Shown in pieces: positions 21,242 through 29,855 of a stretch of 64,000 nucleotides of DNA. This DNA comes from an uncultured Myxococcales bacterium (GTDB taxonomy: Bacteria; Myxococcota_A; UBA9042; PHBI01; JAAZYN01), in assembly GCA_964478315.1 (NCBI GenBank), contig CAYZID010000001.1, positions 14,619-78,618 on the forward strand. Direction: 5' to 3'. The notes under the pieces are model-generated. The model searched no databases. It was not told the DNA's origin and worked only from the letters and a program-made list of their open reading frames with translations. The translations under genes were made by a program, and so were the position numbers. Position 1 is the first letter of the stretch. Each line of letters opens with the position of its first letter.

Positions 21242-22465
21242 TCAGCCAGGGGGCAGGGGCTTGGGTTGGCCGGCGCGGCGCGCGGCCAGGGTCTCGTCCC
21301 GCCAAGCGCGGAAGGTCCCGTCGGTGATCCGAGCGCGCGCGGTGCGCACGAGCGTCAAGAAGTAGTGGAGGTTGTGGATGCTCGCGAGGGTGGAGAACAG
21401 GATCTCCTTGGCCCGGTCGAGGTGCCGGAGGTAGCCGCGCGAGAAGTGCTGGCAGGTGTAGCACGTGCACCCGGGGGCCAAGGGCCGGTCATCCAGGCGG
21501 AAGCGGGCGTTGCGGAGGTTGAGCTCGCCTTGGGGTGTGAAGATGCGCGCGTTCCGCGCGTTGCGCGTGGGCATGACGCAGTCGAACATGTCCACCCCGT
21601 GGCCCATGGCCGTGAGGAGGTCCTCGGGCGTCCCCACGCCCATGAGGTAACGCGGCTTGTCCTCGGGGAGCATGGGCGCCGTGTGCCCCACTGCGCGGTA
21701 CATGACCGGCGGCGCCTCGCCCACGCTGAGGCCGCCGATGGCGTAGCCGTCGAAGGGCAGCCCCATGAGCACCCGCGCCGACTCCGTGCGCAGCGTGTCA
21801 TCCACGCCGCCCTGCACGATGCCGAACAGGGCGCCGTCGTGACGGCTGCGGGCGTCCACACAGCGGCGCGCCCAGCGGTGCGTCCGCTCCATGGCCGCGC
21901 GCACCTCGGTCCGCGGTGCGTCGGCCGGGGGGCAGTGGTCGAAGGCCATCATGATGTCGCTGGCAAGCGTCTCCTGGATGGCGATGGAGCGCTCGGGCGT
22001 CAGCCAGTGCTTGCTCCCGTCGAAGTACGAGCGGAAGTGCACGCCCTCCTCGGTGATCTTGGCGATGTCCTTGAGGCTGTAGACCTGGAACCCGCCACTG
22101 TCGGTGAGGATCGCCCGGTCCCAGCCCGCCATGCGGTGGAGCCCGCCCAGGGCCTCCACGACCTCCATGCCCGGCCGCAGCATGAGGTGGTAGGTGTTGC
22201 CCAGGATGATCTCGGCGCCGAGCTCGTGGAGCTGCGCGGGCGTCACGCCCTTCACCGTGCCCTGCGTCCCCACCGGCATGAAGATGGGCGTCTCCACCAC
22301 GCCGTGGGGCGTCACCATGCGCCCAGCGCGGGCGCGCGTGGCGGTGTCCACGGCCTGGACCTCGAAGGAGAAGGGGCCGGCGGTGGGGCGGGCGCTCCGC
22401 GCGTGGGGAGGCGAAGCCCCCGCGGGCCTGCCGGGGTGGGGGGAGGCAGAGGCCGAGTCCGTCAT
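21242..22465 (-). CDS. tgt: queuine tRNA-ribosyltransferase
   Basis: Tgt motifs (DSGGFQ, zinc site CTCYTCQHFSRGYLRHL). ATG at 22465 overlaps the queA stop (ATGA). Confidence 0.9.
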   Translation of the reverse strand: MTDSASASPHPGRPAGASPPHARSARPTAGPFSFEVQAVDTATRARAGRMVTPHGVVETPIFMPVGTQGTVKGVTPAQLHELGAEIILGNTYHLMLRPGMEVVEALGGLHRMAGWDRAILTDSGGFQVYSLKDIAKITEEGVHFRSYFDGSKHWLTPERSIAIQETLASDIMMAFDHCPPADAPRTEVRAAMERTHRWARRCVDARSRHDGALFGIVQGGVDDTLRTESARVLMGLPFDGYAIGGLSVGEAPPVMYRAVGHTAPMLPEDKPRYLMGVGTPEDLLTAMGHGVDMFDCVMPTRNARNARIFTPQGELNLRNARFRLDDRPLAPGCTCYTCQHFSRGYLRHLDRAKEILFSTLASIHNLHYFLTLVRTARARITDGTFRAWRDETLAARRAGQPKPLPPG

Positions 22466-23595
22466 CGTAGCAACATCCCGTCGCCGTAGCTGTAGAAGCG
22501 GTAGCCGCGCGAGATCGCCTGTCGGTAGGCGTCCAGGAGGCGCTCTCGCCCCACCAGGGCGGACACCAGCATGAGCAGGGTCGAGCCGGGCAGGTGGAAG
22601 TTCGTCATGAGCTGGTCCACGACCCGGAAGGCGTAGCCCGGGCGAATGAACAGGGCCGTCTCGCCAGGCCCTGGGCGGACCAGCGTCCCCGTGTCCCCAG
22701 GTTCGCTGGCCGCCGCGGCGGCGGCCGCTTCGAGCGCCCGCACGACGGTAGTCCCCACCGCCAGGACCGGCCTGCCCTGCTCCCGCGCTTGCGTCACCGC
22801 GGCGGCGGTCTCCGGCGGGATGACGTAGCGCTCGGCGTGCATCTCGTGCGCGTCCAGGTTCGCCACCCGCACGGGCTGGAAGGTCCCCGGGCCCACGTGC
22901 AGGGTCACGGTGGCGATCTCGCAGCCTCGCGCGCGGATGGCCTCCAGGAGCTCCGGGGTGAAGTGCAGCCCGGCGGTGGGCGCCGCCACGGCGCCCGGGG
23001 CGCGCGCGAAGGTCGTCTGGTAGCGGGTGGCATCCTCCGCCGTCGCCCCGCCGGTCCGCTCGATGTACGGCGGCAGCGGCAGGTCGCCCAGCCGCCCCAA
23101 GAAGGCGTGGAGGTCTGGTGCTTCGTCGGGCAGCGCCACGCGATACCGACCAGCCCCCAGCGCCTCGACGACCGTGACCAGGGCCTCCGCCTGGCCCTCC
23201 CCGCCCACGTCGATGACCGCACCGACCCGGAGCTTCTTGGAACTCCGGGCCATGACGACCACCTCCCGCCGCGTGGGGTCGTCGGCCTCGACGACGAGGA
23301 GCTCCACGGCCCCCCCCGTGGGCACTTTGCGCCCCCGTAGCCGGGCCGGGACCACCCGGGTGTCGTTGAGCACGAGGAGCTCGTCCCCGCGGAGGAGGGA
23401 GGGGAGATCGCGAATCCAGTGGTCCCGGGGAGCAGCCGGGCCGGCGAGGTCGAGCACCATGAGCCGGGCGTCGTCCCGTCGGTCCGCGGGGCGCTGGGCG
23501 ATGCTCGACGGGGGCAACGCGTAGTCGTAGGCCGCTAGGGAGTCGTCCCCCGGGACGGTCTCCAGCGGGGCGGATGGTGGGGAAGGCGTGCTCAC
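22462..23595 (-). CDS. queA: S-adenosylmethionine:tRNA ribosyltransferase-isomerase
   Basis: QueA family similarity over the full length (LPPYIER...HFTPELL...). 4-nt overlap with tgt. Confidence 0.9.
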   Translation of the reverse strand: MSTPSPPSAPLETVPGDDSLAAYDYALPPSSIAQRPADRRDDARLMVLDLAGPAAPRDHWIRDLPSLLRGDELLVLNDTRVVPARLRGRKVPTGGAVELLVVEADDPTRREVVVMARSSKKLRVGAVIDVGGEGQAEALVTVVEALGAGRYRVALPDEAPDLHAFLGRLGDLPLPPYIERTGGATAEDATRYQTTFARAPGAVAAPTAGLHFTPELLEAIRARGCEIATVTLHVGPGTFQPVRVANLDAHEMHAERYVIPPETAAAVTQAREQGRPVLAVGTTVVRALEAAAAAAASEPGDTGTLVRPGPGETALFIRPGYAFRVVDQLMTNFHLPGSTLLMLVSALVGRERLLDAYRQAISRGYRFYSYGDGMLLR

Positions 23596-23810
23596 GGCGG
23601 TCGTCTACCTCGGAGATGGCGGCCCGGTCCAGCTCCGCGGCGCGCACGGCCCCGTGTGACCCGGACAACCGCGCGCCATCACAGGGCAGTCGTCTCGCGC
23701 GTTCGAGAGGGTGTCGTGTAAGTTGCGGAAAACGCACGAACTTGCTGAACGGTTCGTGTGGGGATCGACATATGGGCGAGGTTTTATGCGGGAAAGACGC
23801 GGTTTGTGGG

Positions 23811-23840
23811 TTGACACTGCGGATCGCCGTTCCCTACATT
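23811..23840 (+). promoter_or_regulatory. candidate sigma70-type promoter for the HU gene (TTGACA-18 bp-TACATT)
   Basis: Read directly: TTGACA at 23811-23816 and TACATT at 23835-23840. About 150 nt upstream of the hup ATG in the queA/hup divergent region. Confidence 0.3.
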
Positions 23841-23987
23841 GGCCCCTGCCGACCCCAGGGGGGGCCGGAGACCCGCTAAACACAAGGCAGAGAGGGCCCC
23901 GCGCGGCCCCGTCGGGGGGCGCGCCACCGTTGCCGGTGCGCTCGCGCTGGTGGCGAGCTAAGGACCTGAATACTGGGAGGATTCACC

Positions 23988-24263
23988 ATGACGAAGACCG
24001 AGTTCATCGCGGCCGTGGCCGAGAAGCTCGACGGCAACTACACGAAGAAGGACACGGGCGACGCCGTCCAGGCCATCTTCGACACCATGGCCAAGGCCAT
24101 CCGCGAGGACGGGAAGTTCTCGTACCCCGGCTTCGGGACCTTCAAGGTGCGCGAGCGCGGCGCCCGCAAGGGTCGGAACCCGCAGACCGGCAAGGAGATG
24201 ATGATCGCGGCGTCCAAGAACGTCGCCTTCAAGGCCACGCCCAAGTTCAAGGAGTCCCTGTAG
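23988..24263 (+). CDS. hup: HU family DNA-binding protein
   Basis: Canonical HU sequence (MTKTEFIAAVAEK...FGTFKVRERGARKGRNPQTGKEMMIAASKNVAFKA). GGGAGG upstream. Confidence 0.85.
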   Translation: MTKTEFIAAVAEKLDGNYTKKDTGDAVQAIFDTMAKAIREDGKFSYPGFGTFKVRERGARKGRNPQTGKEMMIAASKNVAFKATPKFKESL

Positions 24264-24323
24264 GGATTCGCCCACGCCCGCGGCCTCCGTGGGCGTGTTC
24301 ACACCAGCAAGGGGAGACGAGAC

Positions 24324-24593
24324 GTGACGAAGACCGAGTTCATCGAGGCCGTGCACGGCGCGCTTGAGGGCAAGTCCAAGAAGGAGACGGCCGAGATCGT
24401 CCAGGCGACGTTCGACGCCTTGGAGGACGCCATCCGTGGCGGCCGCTTCGCGTTCCCGGGGTTCGGGACCTTCACGGTCAAGGAGCGCGCCGCGCGCCAG
24501 GGCCGGAACCCGCAGAACGGCAAGCCCATCCAGATCCCGGCGTCCAAGTCCGTGGGCTTCAAGGCCGCGCCGAAGTTCAAGGACAGCCTGTAG
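24324..24593 (+). CDS. HU family DNA-binding protein (tandem paralog)
   Basis: Second HU-like ORF 60 nt downstream (MTKTEFIEAVHGALEG...FGTFTVKERAARQGRNPQNGKPIQIPASKSVGFKA). GTG start with AAGGGGAG upstream. Confidence 0.85.
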   Translation: MTKTEFIEAVHGALEGKSKKETAEIVQATFDALEDAIRGGRFAFPGFGTFTVKERAARQGRNPQNGKPIQIPASKSVGFKAAPKFKDSL

Positions 24594-24734
24594 GGCAGCG
24601 CCCTGCCGGAGTGCTTGGGGCCAAGCGCCCCAGGTGCCCGCGAGACCCCGGTCGGTCCCTGGGCCGCCCGGGGTTTCGTGCGTCTGGCGACCGACGCAGC
24701 GCGCCTGGCGGGTGCGGAGAGGGGGGGAAGGGGG

Positions 24735-26228
24735 TCAGTTCAGGCGGTTCGTGGGGGAGACCTGGAGCTCCTCGCGAACCCATCGCAGGTAGCGGCTCCA
24801 GAGGGCGTCGCGGGTGGCGCGGTCCACCTTGCGGATGAGATTGTGGCGCTCGGCCGGGTCCCGCTCCAGGTCGTACAGCTCGGCCTTCTTCAGGCGCGGG
24901 CGGAAGCCCGTGACGATGAGCTTGTAGGGCCAGCGCACCATGGCCTTCTGGGGCATGTCCTCGCGCCGGTGCTTCTCCATGAAGATGGCCGGGTGGGCGG
25001 GGTCCTGGCCGCGCAGGTAGGGGACCAAGGACACGCCGCGGAAGGCGGGGTCGTGGGCGCCGCCAGCGAGCTCCACGAAGGTGGGGAGCAGGTCCAGCAG
25101 GGACACCGCGGTCATCACGCGCCGGGGCTTGAGCCCGGGGCCTCGCACGAGCAGGGGGACCCGCACGAGGTCGTCGTAGAGCGTGGCCGAGTGGAGGAGG
25201 ATCCCGTGGTCCTTCTTCTCGTTCAAGGCCTCGCCGTGGTCCGCGGTGAGGAACACGATGGTGTTGTCCAGCAGCCCCCGCGCGCGCAGCCCGTCGAGCA
25301 GGCGCCCGACATGGTAGTCGGTGAAGACGATCTCGTTGTCGTAGCGGTCGCGGTACCAGGGCCCGAAGCGCGGGAAGCCGCGGTGTGTGATGTAGGGGCC
25401 GTGGGGGTCGCTGTAATAGGCCCAAAGGAAGAAGGGCTTGCCGTCCTGCCCCAGCTTGCTTTCGTCCACGTAGGCCAGCGTCCGGTCGGTGACGAGGTCG
25501 CTGGTGGGGCGGTCCCAGGAGCAGATCCGCCCGAACGTCCGCTTGTGCTTGCTGGCGCGATAGCCCTGGATGATGCAGCGGTCGTCCCAATGGTCGAAGC
25601 CGCGGTGGAGGTTGTAGGCCTTGCGGAAGTAGTCGATGGAGTGAACGGCCGCCGTGCGGTAGCCCAGGGCGTGGAGGCGCTGTCCCAGGACGACCTCGTC
25701 GTCGTCCAGCCGGGGCCACTTCACGCCGTGGCGGTCGATCTCGGTGTAGTGCTTGCCCGTGAGCATGGGCGCCACGGAGAACCGCGTGGCGGGCCCGGCG
25801 GCGTAGGCGCGGGGAAAGAGGACGCCGTCGCGGAAGAAGGCGTCGATGTGCGGGGTGGTGTCCCGGGCGTAGCCCAGCAGCCCCACGTGGTCGGCGCGCA
25901 CCGTGTCGATGAAGACGAGCAAGATGTTGGGGCGGTGCGGCCCGAGCCTCGAAGTGGGCCCCTGGCGGTCCCCGTCACCGGTCGCCTGGGGGGCGTGCTC
26001 GCCGGGCGACTTGCCCGGGGGTGTGCTTCGGGGCTCCTGGGCGTTGGGGTTCGGCGTGGCGTCGGTCGCGGTGCCGGTCGCCGCCCCGGACCCGGGACCC
26101 GGCACCTTGGCGGTGGCGCCCGCCGCGACCCCGAGGCACAGCGCGGCGACGCCCACGACGATCCAGCGCGCCGCTGTCCGACACGCCGTCTCCGGGGCCG
26201 CCCGCCGACCTCTGCGTGGGCGCCTCAC
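24735..26228 (-). CDS. sulfatase family protein (alkaline-phosphatase superfamily) with N-terminal signal/anchor
   Basis: Sulfatase N-terminal metal-site region (LLVFIDTVRADHVGLLGY) and the family's C-terminal motifs. GTG at 26228 overlaps the udg stop (GTGA) and gives a charged-then-hydrophobic N-terminus (VRRPRRGRRAAPETACRTAARWIVVGVAALCLG). Confidence 0.75.
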   Translation of the reverse strand: MRRPRRGRRAAPETACRTAARWIVVGVAALCLGVAAGATAKVPGPGSGAATGTATDATPNPNAQEPRSTPPGKSPGEHAPQATGDGDRQGPTSRLGPHRPNILLVFIDTVRADHVGLLGYARDTTPHIDAFFRDGVLFPRAYAAGPATRFSVAPMLTGKHYTEIDRHGVKWPRLDDDEVVLGQRLHALGYRTAAVHSIDYFRKAYNLHRGFDHWDDRCIIQGYRASKHKRTFGRICSWDRPTSDLVTDRTLAYVDESKLGQDGKPFFLWAYYSDPHGPYITHRGFPRFGPWYRDRYDNEIVFTDYHVGRLLDGLRARGLLDNTIVFLTADHGEALNEKKDHGILLHSATLYDDLVRVPLLVRGPGLKPRRVMTAVSLLDLLPTFVELAGGAHDPAFRGVSLVPYLRGQDPAHPAIFMEKHRREDMPQKAMVRWPYKLIVTGFRPRLKKAELYDLERDPAERHNLIRKVDRATRDALWSRYLRWVREELQVSPTNRLN

Positions 26229-27121
26229 GGCTGGGTGCCCCTCCGCAACAGGGCGCGGAGCTTGAGGAGGTCCTCCCACGCCTTGGCCTTCTCCGCGGGT
26301 CTCCTCAGGAGGTAGGCGGGGTGGTAGGTGGAGACGATGGGGACCCCGCCGGCTTCGTGCACGTCCCGCCGCAGGGAGGCCATGCTCCCCTCCAGGCCGG
26401 TGATGTTCGCCGCCGCGAAGCGCCCCAGGGTGAGGATGGCGCTGGGGGCGATGGCCCGGAGCTGTCGGTGGAGGAAGGGGCTGCAGGTGGCGACCTCGCC
26501 GGGTTCCGGGTCTCGGTTGTTGGGCGGTCGGCACTTGAGGACGTTGGTGATGTAGACCTCGCGGCGGCTCAAGCCGATGCTCTCCAGCATACGGTTGAGC
26601 AGGCGCCCGGCGCGCCCCACGAAGGGCTCGCCCGTGGCATCCTCGTCGCGGCCGGGGCCCTCGCCCACCAGGACGACGCGGGCGTGGGCGGGGCCCACAC
26701 CGAAGACCAGGTTGCGCCGCGTCTGGCTCAACGGGCAGCGGGCGCACGCGCCCAGGTCGGCGCGGATGTCCGCCAGGGTCTCGCCGGGGAGGGCGCGGGG
26801 GGGCGCCGTCTTGGCCGGGGGCGAGGCTTGGGGGCTGCGCCCACGGCTGGGGGAGGCGCTGGGCGCGCCCGTGTGCGGGGGCGCGCGGTGGGCGGATGGG
26901 GGCGGCGGGGCCGTGACTTGGATGGGGCGGTGGGCCGCGCGGACCGCCTGGGACGAGGCCGCTGGGAGGGCGTCGGCGCCGGCGGCGCGCGCCTGCTCGG
27001 CGTAGGTCCGGAGGTCCTCCGTGAGGCCCAGGAGGACGCTCCGGAGGTGGGCGCGCCGAGCCGCGTCTGCGTCGCGGGGCCCCGAAGGAGCGTGGGGCGT
27101 CGCGGAGTCAGGCGCCGACAC
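26225..27121 (-). CDS. uracil-DNA glycosylase family 4 with about 100-aa Pro/Ala-rich N-terminal extension
   Basis: Fe-S Cys motif (GACARCPL). Family 4 UDG motifs (VLVGEGPGRDEDATGEPFVGRAG; VYITNVLKCRPPNNRDP; STYHPAYLLR). GTG start overlaps the coaBC 3' end by 14 nt. Confidence 0.8.
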   Translation of the reverse strand: MSAPDSATPHAPSGPRDADAARRAHLRSVLLGLTEDLRTYAEQARAAGADALPAASSQAVRAAHRPIQVTAPPPPSAHRAPPHTGAPSASPSRGRSPQASPPAKTAPPRALPGETLADIRADLGACARCPLSQTRRNLVFGVGPAHARVVLVGEGPGRDEDATGEPFVGRAGRLLNRMLESIGLSRREVYITNVLKCRPPNNRDPEPGEVATCSPFLHRQLRAIAPSAILTLGRFAAANITGLEGSMASLRRDVHEAGGVPIVSTYHPAYLLRRPAEKAKAWEDLLKLRALLRRGTQP

Positions 27122-28379
27122 CGAAGCGCTCCTGGAGGGAGGGGTTGAGGGCGGCGACGATGCGGGCGGCCATGGCGTCCTTGGGCTGCCTCTCCAGGAC
27201 GACGCGGGTGTCGTCAGGGCCCAAGAGGAGCCCTGCGTTGTCGCCCGTGCCGAAGCCCACGCCCGAGCCGGCGGCCGAGCCCGAGACGTCGTTGGCGACG
27301 ATCCAGTCCATGTCCTTGCGGACGCGCTTGGCGGCGGCGCGGGCCTCGACGTCGTGGGTCTCCGCGGCGAAGCCCACGACGACCTTGTCGCTGCGGCCGG
27401 GGCGCCCGGCGGTGGACGCCAGGATGTCGGTGGTGCGCTCCAGGGCCAGGGCGAGGGCGCCAGGGGTCTTGGCGATCTTCTGGGGCGCCACCGTGGCGGG
27501 GCGGTAGTCGGCCACGGCGGCCGCCATGACCAGCAGATCGGTTTCCGGCCAGGCCTGATCCACGGCGGCGGCCATGTCGGCGGCGGTCACGACGTTCACG
27601 CGGTGGCGGACGCCCACGGGGGTGCGGCGGGGCGCGGGGCCCGTGGGCCCGGCGATGAGGGTCACGTCGGCGCCCGCGGCGGCCAGGGCGCGGGCCAGGG
27701 CGAAGCCCATGGTGCCCGTGGAGTGGTTGGTGAGGAAGCGGACGGGGTCCAGGGCCTCGCGGGTGGGGCCGGCGGTGACCGTGGCGCGGAGGCCGTGGAG
27801 GGTCTTGGGGGTGAGCGCCAGGGCGGCGGCCTCGATGATGTCTGGCGGGTCGGGGAGGCGTCCGGGGCCGTGGACGCCGCAGGCGAGGAGGCCCGTGCCC
27901 GGCTCCAGGAAGGTGTAGCGTCCGCGCGCCTCGGGGCCTTGGAGGAGCTCTAGGTTTCGTTGGACCAGGGGGTTGCGGAGCATCTCGGTGTTCATGGACG
28001 GGCACACGAGCACGGGCGTGCGGCAGGCCATGACGGTGGTCGTGAGGAGATCGTCGGCGAGACCTCCGGCGATCTTGCCGAGGAGGTCGGCGGTGGCGGG
28101 GGCGAGGACGATGAGGTCCACGTCCTTCCCCGCGTCGGTGTGGACGATGTTGCCTTGAGGCCCGGTGGCCCAGAGGTTGCGTCCCACGGGGGAGCCGGTG
28201 ACCACCTCCAGCGAGAGCTCGGAGACGAAGCGGGCGCCTGCGTCCGTAAGCATGGCCTGGACGGTGGCGCCCGCGTCCAGCATGCGGCGGACGAGCTCGG
28301 GGGTCTTGTAGGCGGCGATGCCGCCCGAGATCCCCAGGAGGATACGGCGTCGGTCGAGGAGTCCCACGGGGGTCTTCAT
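27108..28379 (-). CDS. coaBC: bifunctional phosphopantothenoylcysteine decarboxylase / phosphopantothenate-cysteine ligase
   Basis: Flavoprotein N-terminal domain (ILLGISGGIAAYK) and CoaB ligase domain (DFFN-like region). ATG overlaps the yhhQ stop (ATGA). Confidence 0.9.
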   Translation of the reverse strand: MKTPVGLLDRRRILLGISGGIAAYKTPELVRRMLDAGATVQAMLTDAGARFVSELSLEVVTGSPVGRNLWATGPQGNIVHTDAGKDVDLIVLAPATADLLGKIAGGLADDLLTTTVMACRTPVLVCPSMNTEMLRNPLVQRNLELLQGPEARGRYTFLEPGTGLLACGVHGPGRLPDPPDIIEAAALALTPKTLHGLRATVTAGPTREALDPVRFLTNHSTGTMGFALARALAAAGADVTLIAGPTGPAPRRTPVGVRHRVNVVTAADMAAAVDQAWPETDLLVMAAAVADYRPATVAPQKIAKTPGALALALERTTDILASTAGRPGRSDKVVVGFAAETHDVEARAAAKRVRKDMDWIVANDVSGSAAGSGVGFGTGDNAGLLLGPDDTRVVLERQPKDAMAARIVAALNPSLQERFGVGA

Positions 28380-29236
28380 ACCACCGCCACGGTCGGCTCG
28401 GTAGGCTCGTCGGCGTCCTCGTCTGGGATCTGCAAGTAGCGTCGCAGGTAGGCCACGCCCAGATAGAAGGGGATCGTGTCAAGCAGCGCGGCCACGAGCT
28501 TGAAGACGTAGCCCGAGGCGATGAAGACCAGGAGCTGGGGGCCCAGGGGGGCGTCGGGGTCGACGGGGAGCCCGCGGGCGGCGTAGTGGGTGATGAGGAT
28601 GACCGCGGTGGTGTCCACGAGCTGGCTGGTGAGGGTGGAGCCGTTGTTGCGGAGCCAGAGGTGGCGCCCGCGGGTCCAGCGCTTGAGGCGGTGGAAGATG
28701 TAGACGTCGGTGAACTGGGCGGCGAGGTAGGCGACCATGGAGGCGCTCACGGCGGCGAAGGCGAGGTTCTTCACCTCGAAGAACACGGGCAGGCGCCCGG
28801 CGGCGTCGCGGGCGAGCTCGCCGGTGGCGGGGTCGATCGGCTCGTGGCCCGGCAGCACGGAGCCCAGCCAGAGGATGAAGACGACCCAGAGGTTGAGGGC
28901 GAGCCCGGTCCAGACGACGGCGTTGGCCCGGCGGCGCCCATAGAGCTCGCTGATGAAGTCCGTGCACAGGAAGGTGAGGGGGTAGGGCAGGACGCCCACG
29001 GCGAGGACGAAGGGGACGCGGACGCCGGCCACCGTGAACGACGCGTCGATGAAGCGGGTGACGCCCAGGATGTTGAGCATGGCCAGGGTGCCCAGGAAGA
29101 ACCCGGCCAGGACCAAGAAGACGCGCTCGCGGCGGGCGTGGAGGACGGACGCCTCGATGGGGTGGAGCGCGCCGGTCGCGTCGGTGGCGCTCGACCGTGC
29201 GGGGGCTGCCGCCGCGTGGGGTGGGCGTGTGGACAT
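28376..29236 (-). CDS. queuosine-precursor transporter, YhhQ/VUT (DUF165) family
   Basis: Multi-TM protein with DUF165-like segments (PYPLTFLCTDFISELYGRRRANAVVWTG...; TLTSQLVDTTAVILITHYA). ATG at 29236 with GGAGG 6 nt upstream. Confidence 0.7.
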   Translation of the reverse strand: MSTRPPHAAAAPARSSATDATGALHPIEASVLHARRERVFLVLAGFFLGTLAMLNILGVTRFIDASFTVAGVRVPFVLAVGVLPYPLTFLCTDFISELYGRRRANAVVWTGLALNLWVVFILWLGSVLPGHEPIDPATGELARDAAGRLPVFFEVKNLAFAAVSASMVAYLAAQFTDVYIFHRLKRWTRGRHLWLRNNGSTLTSQLVDTTAVILITHYAARGLPVDPDAPLGPQLLVFIASGYVFKLVAALLDTIPFYLGVAYLRRYLQIPDEDADEPTEPTVAVV

Positions 29237-29444
29237 GAGCCTCCTGCCTGATCCTCCTACCCGCGGGGTCGGGCACGCGGCCTCCGCAGCCCCCAGGCCC
29301 GGCAACCGTAGCGGTTGCGCGGCCCTTGGCAAGGCGCGCGCCGTTCGCGCGGGATTTTCCTTGAAAGGGCGGCAGCCCTCCCTATAATCCCGCCCACCTT
29401 TCGCGCTGGCAGCCCGAGCGGCCCCGAACGGCACCCAGATCAGC

Positions 29445-29516
29445 GCCGACATAGCTCAGCGGTAGAGCAGCTGATTCGTAATCAGCAGGTCGGCGGTTCA
29501 AATCCGCCTGTCGGCT
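29445..29516 (+). tRNA. tRNA-Thr (anticodon CGT)
   Basis: Cloverleaf read by eye: acceptor GCCGACA/TGTCGGC, anticodon stem GCTGA/TCAGC with loop TTCGTAA, T-arm GGCGG-TTCAAAT-CCGCC. CCA is not encoded (followed by TACC). Confidence 0.8.
29473..29516 (+). repeat. attL core: 44-bp segment of the tRNA-Thr 3' half, identical to 50456-50499
   Basis: Exact 44/44 identity with the attR copy, read directly from both sites. Confidence 0.8.
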
Positions 29517-29541
29517 TACCTTTTCCAACTTCATGGACGCT

Positions 29542-29565
29542 TGACACCCACGCTGACACCCACGC
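29542..29565 (+). repeat. two tandem copies of TGACACCCACGC next to attL (candidate integrase arm-type sites)
   Basis: Perfect 12-bp x2 repeat 26 bp after the tRNA 3' end. The same 11-mer occurs at 50380-50390 near attR. Confidence 0.6.
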
Positions 29566-29587
29566 CAGCCCCCCCCTTGGGGGGCGG

Positions 29588-29854
29588 CTAGATCAAGTCG
29601 GCAGGTGGGCGAGGAAGGGCAGTGCGAACTTCCTCGTACGTCCATGAAGCCCCGCTCGGGCCCTCCACGAGGGCCCCGAGTCCCCGGAGCTGCTCGACGC
29701 ACAGGGGCTCGGGGCCTCGGAACCCCACCACGGCGATGCCACCCACCACGCGGATGGTCTCCGGCGCCATGGCGTCGGTGTCCTTCACGACGTCGGCCAG
29801 CATCTCGTCGTCCAGCATGCCGATGCGGAACCGGATGTAGCGTTGCTCACCCAT
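29588..29854 (-). CDS. phage-associated hypothetical protein
   Basis: Last gene of the tightly packed minus-strand fibre operon. 1-nt gap to the upstream gene. Confidence 0.5.
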   Translation of the reverse strand: MGEQRYIRFRIGMLDDEMLADVVKDTDAMAPETIRVVGGIAVVGFRGPEPLCVEQLRGLGALVEGPSGASWTYEEVRTALPRPPADLI

Positions 29855-29855
29855 C

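Noticed and set aside
21005-22489. 494-aa plus-strand ORF
   Set aside because: Antisense of tgt.
24615-26315. 566-aa plus-strand ORF and neighbouring 26021-27148 ORF
   Set aside because: Antisense of the sulfatase and udg genes.
29560-29586. GCCAGCCCCCCC-TTGG-GGGGGCGGCT hairpin just inside attL as a terminator for the fibre operon
   Set aside because: On the minus strand it is not followed by a U-tract. Kept only as a note, since a GC hairpin alone is weak evidence.
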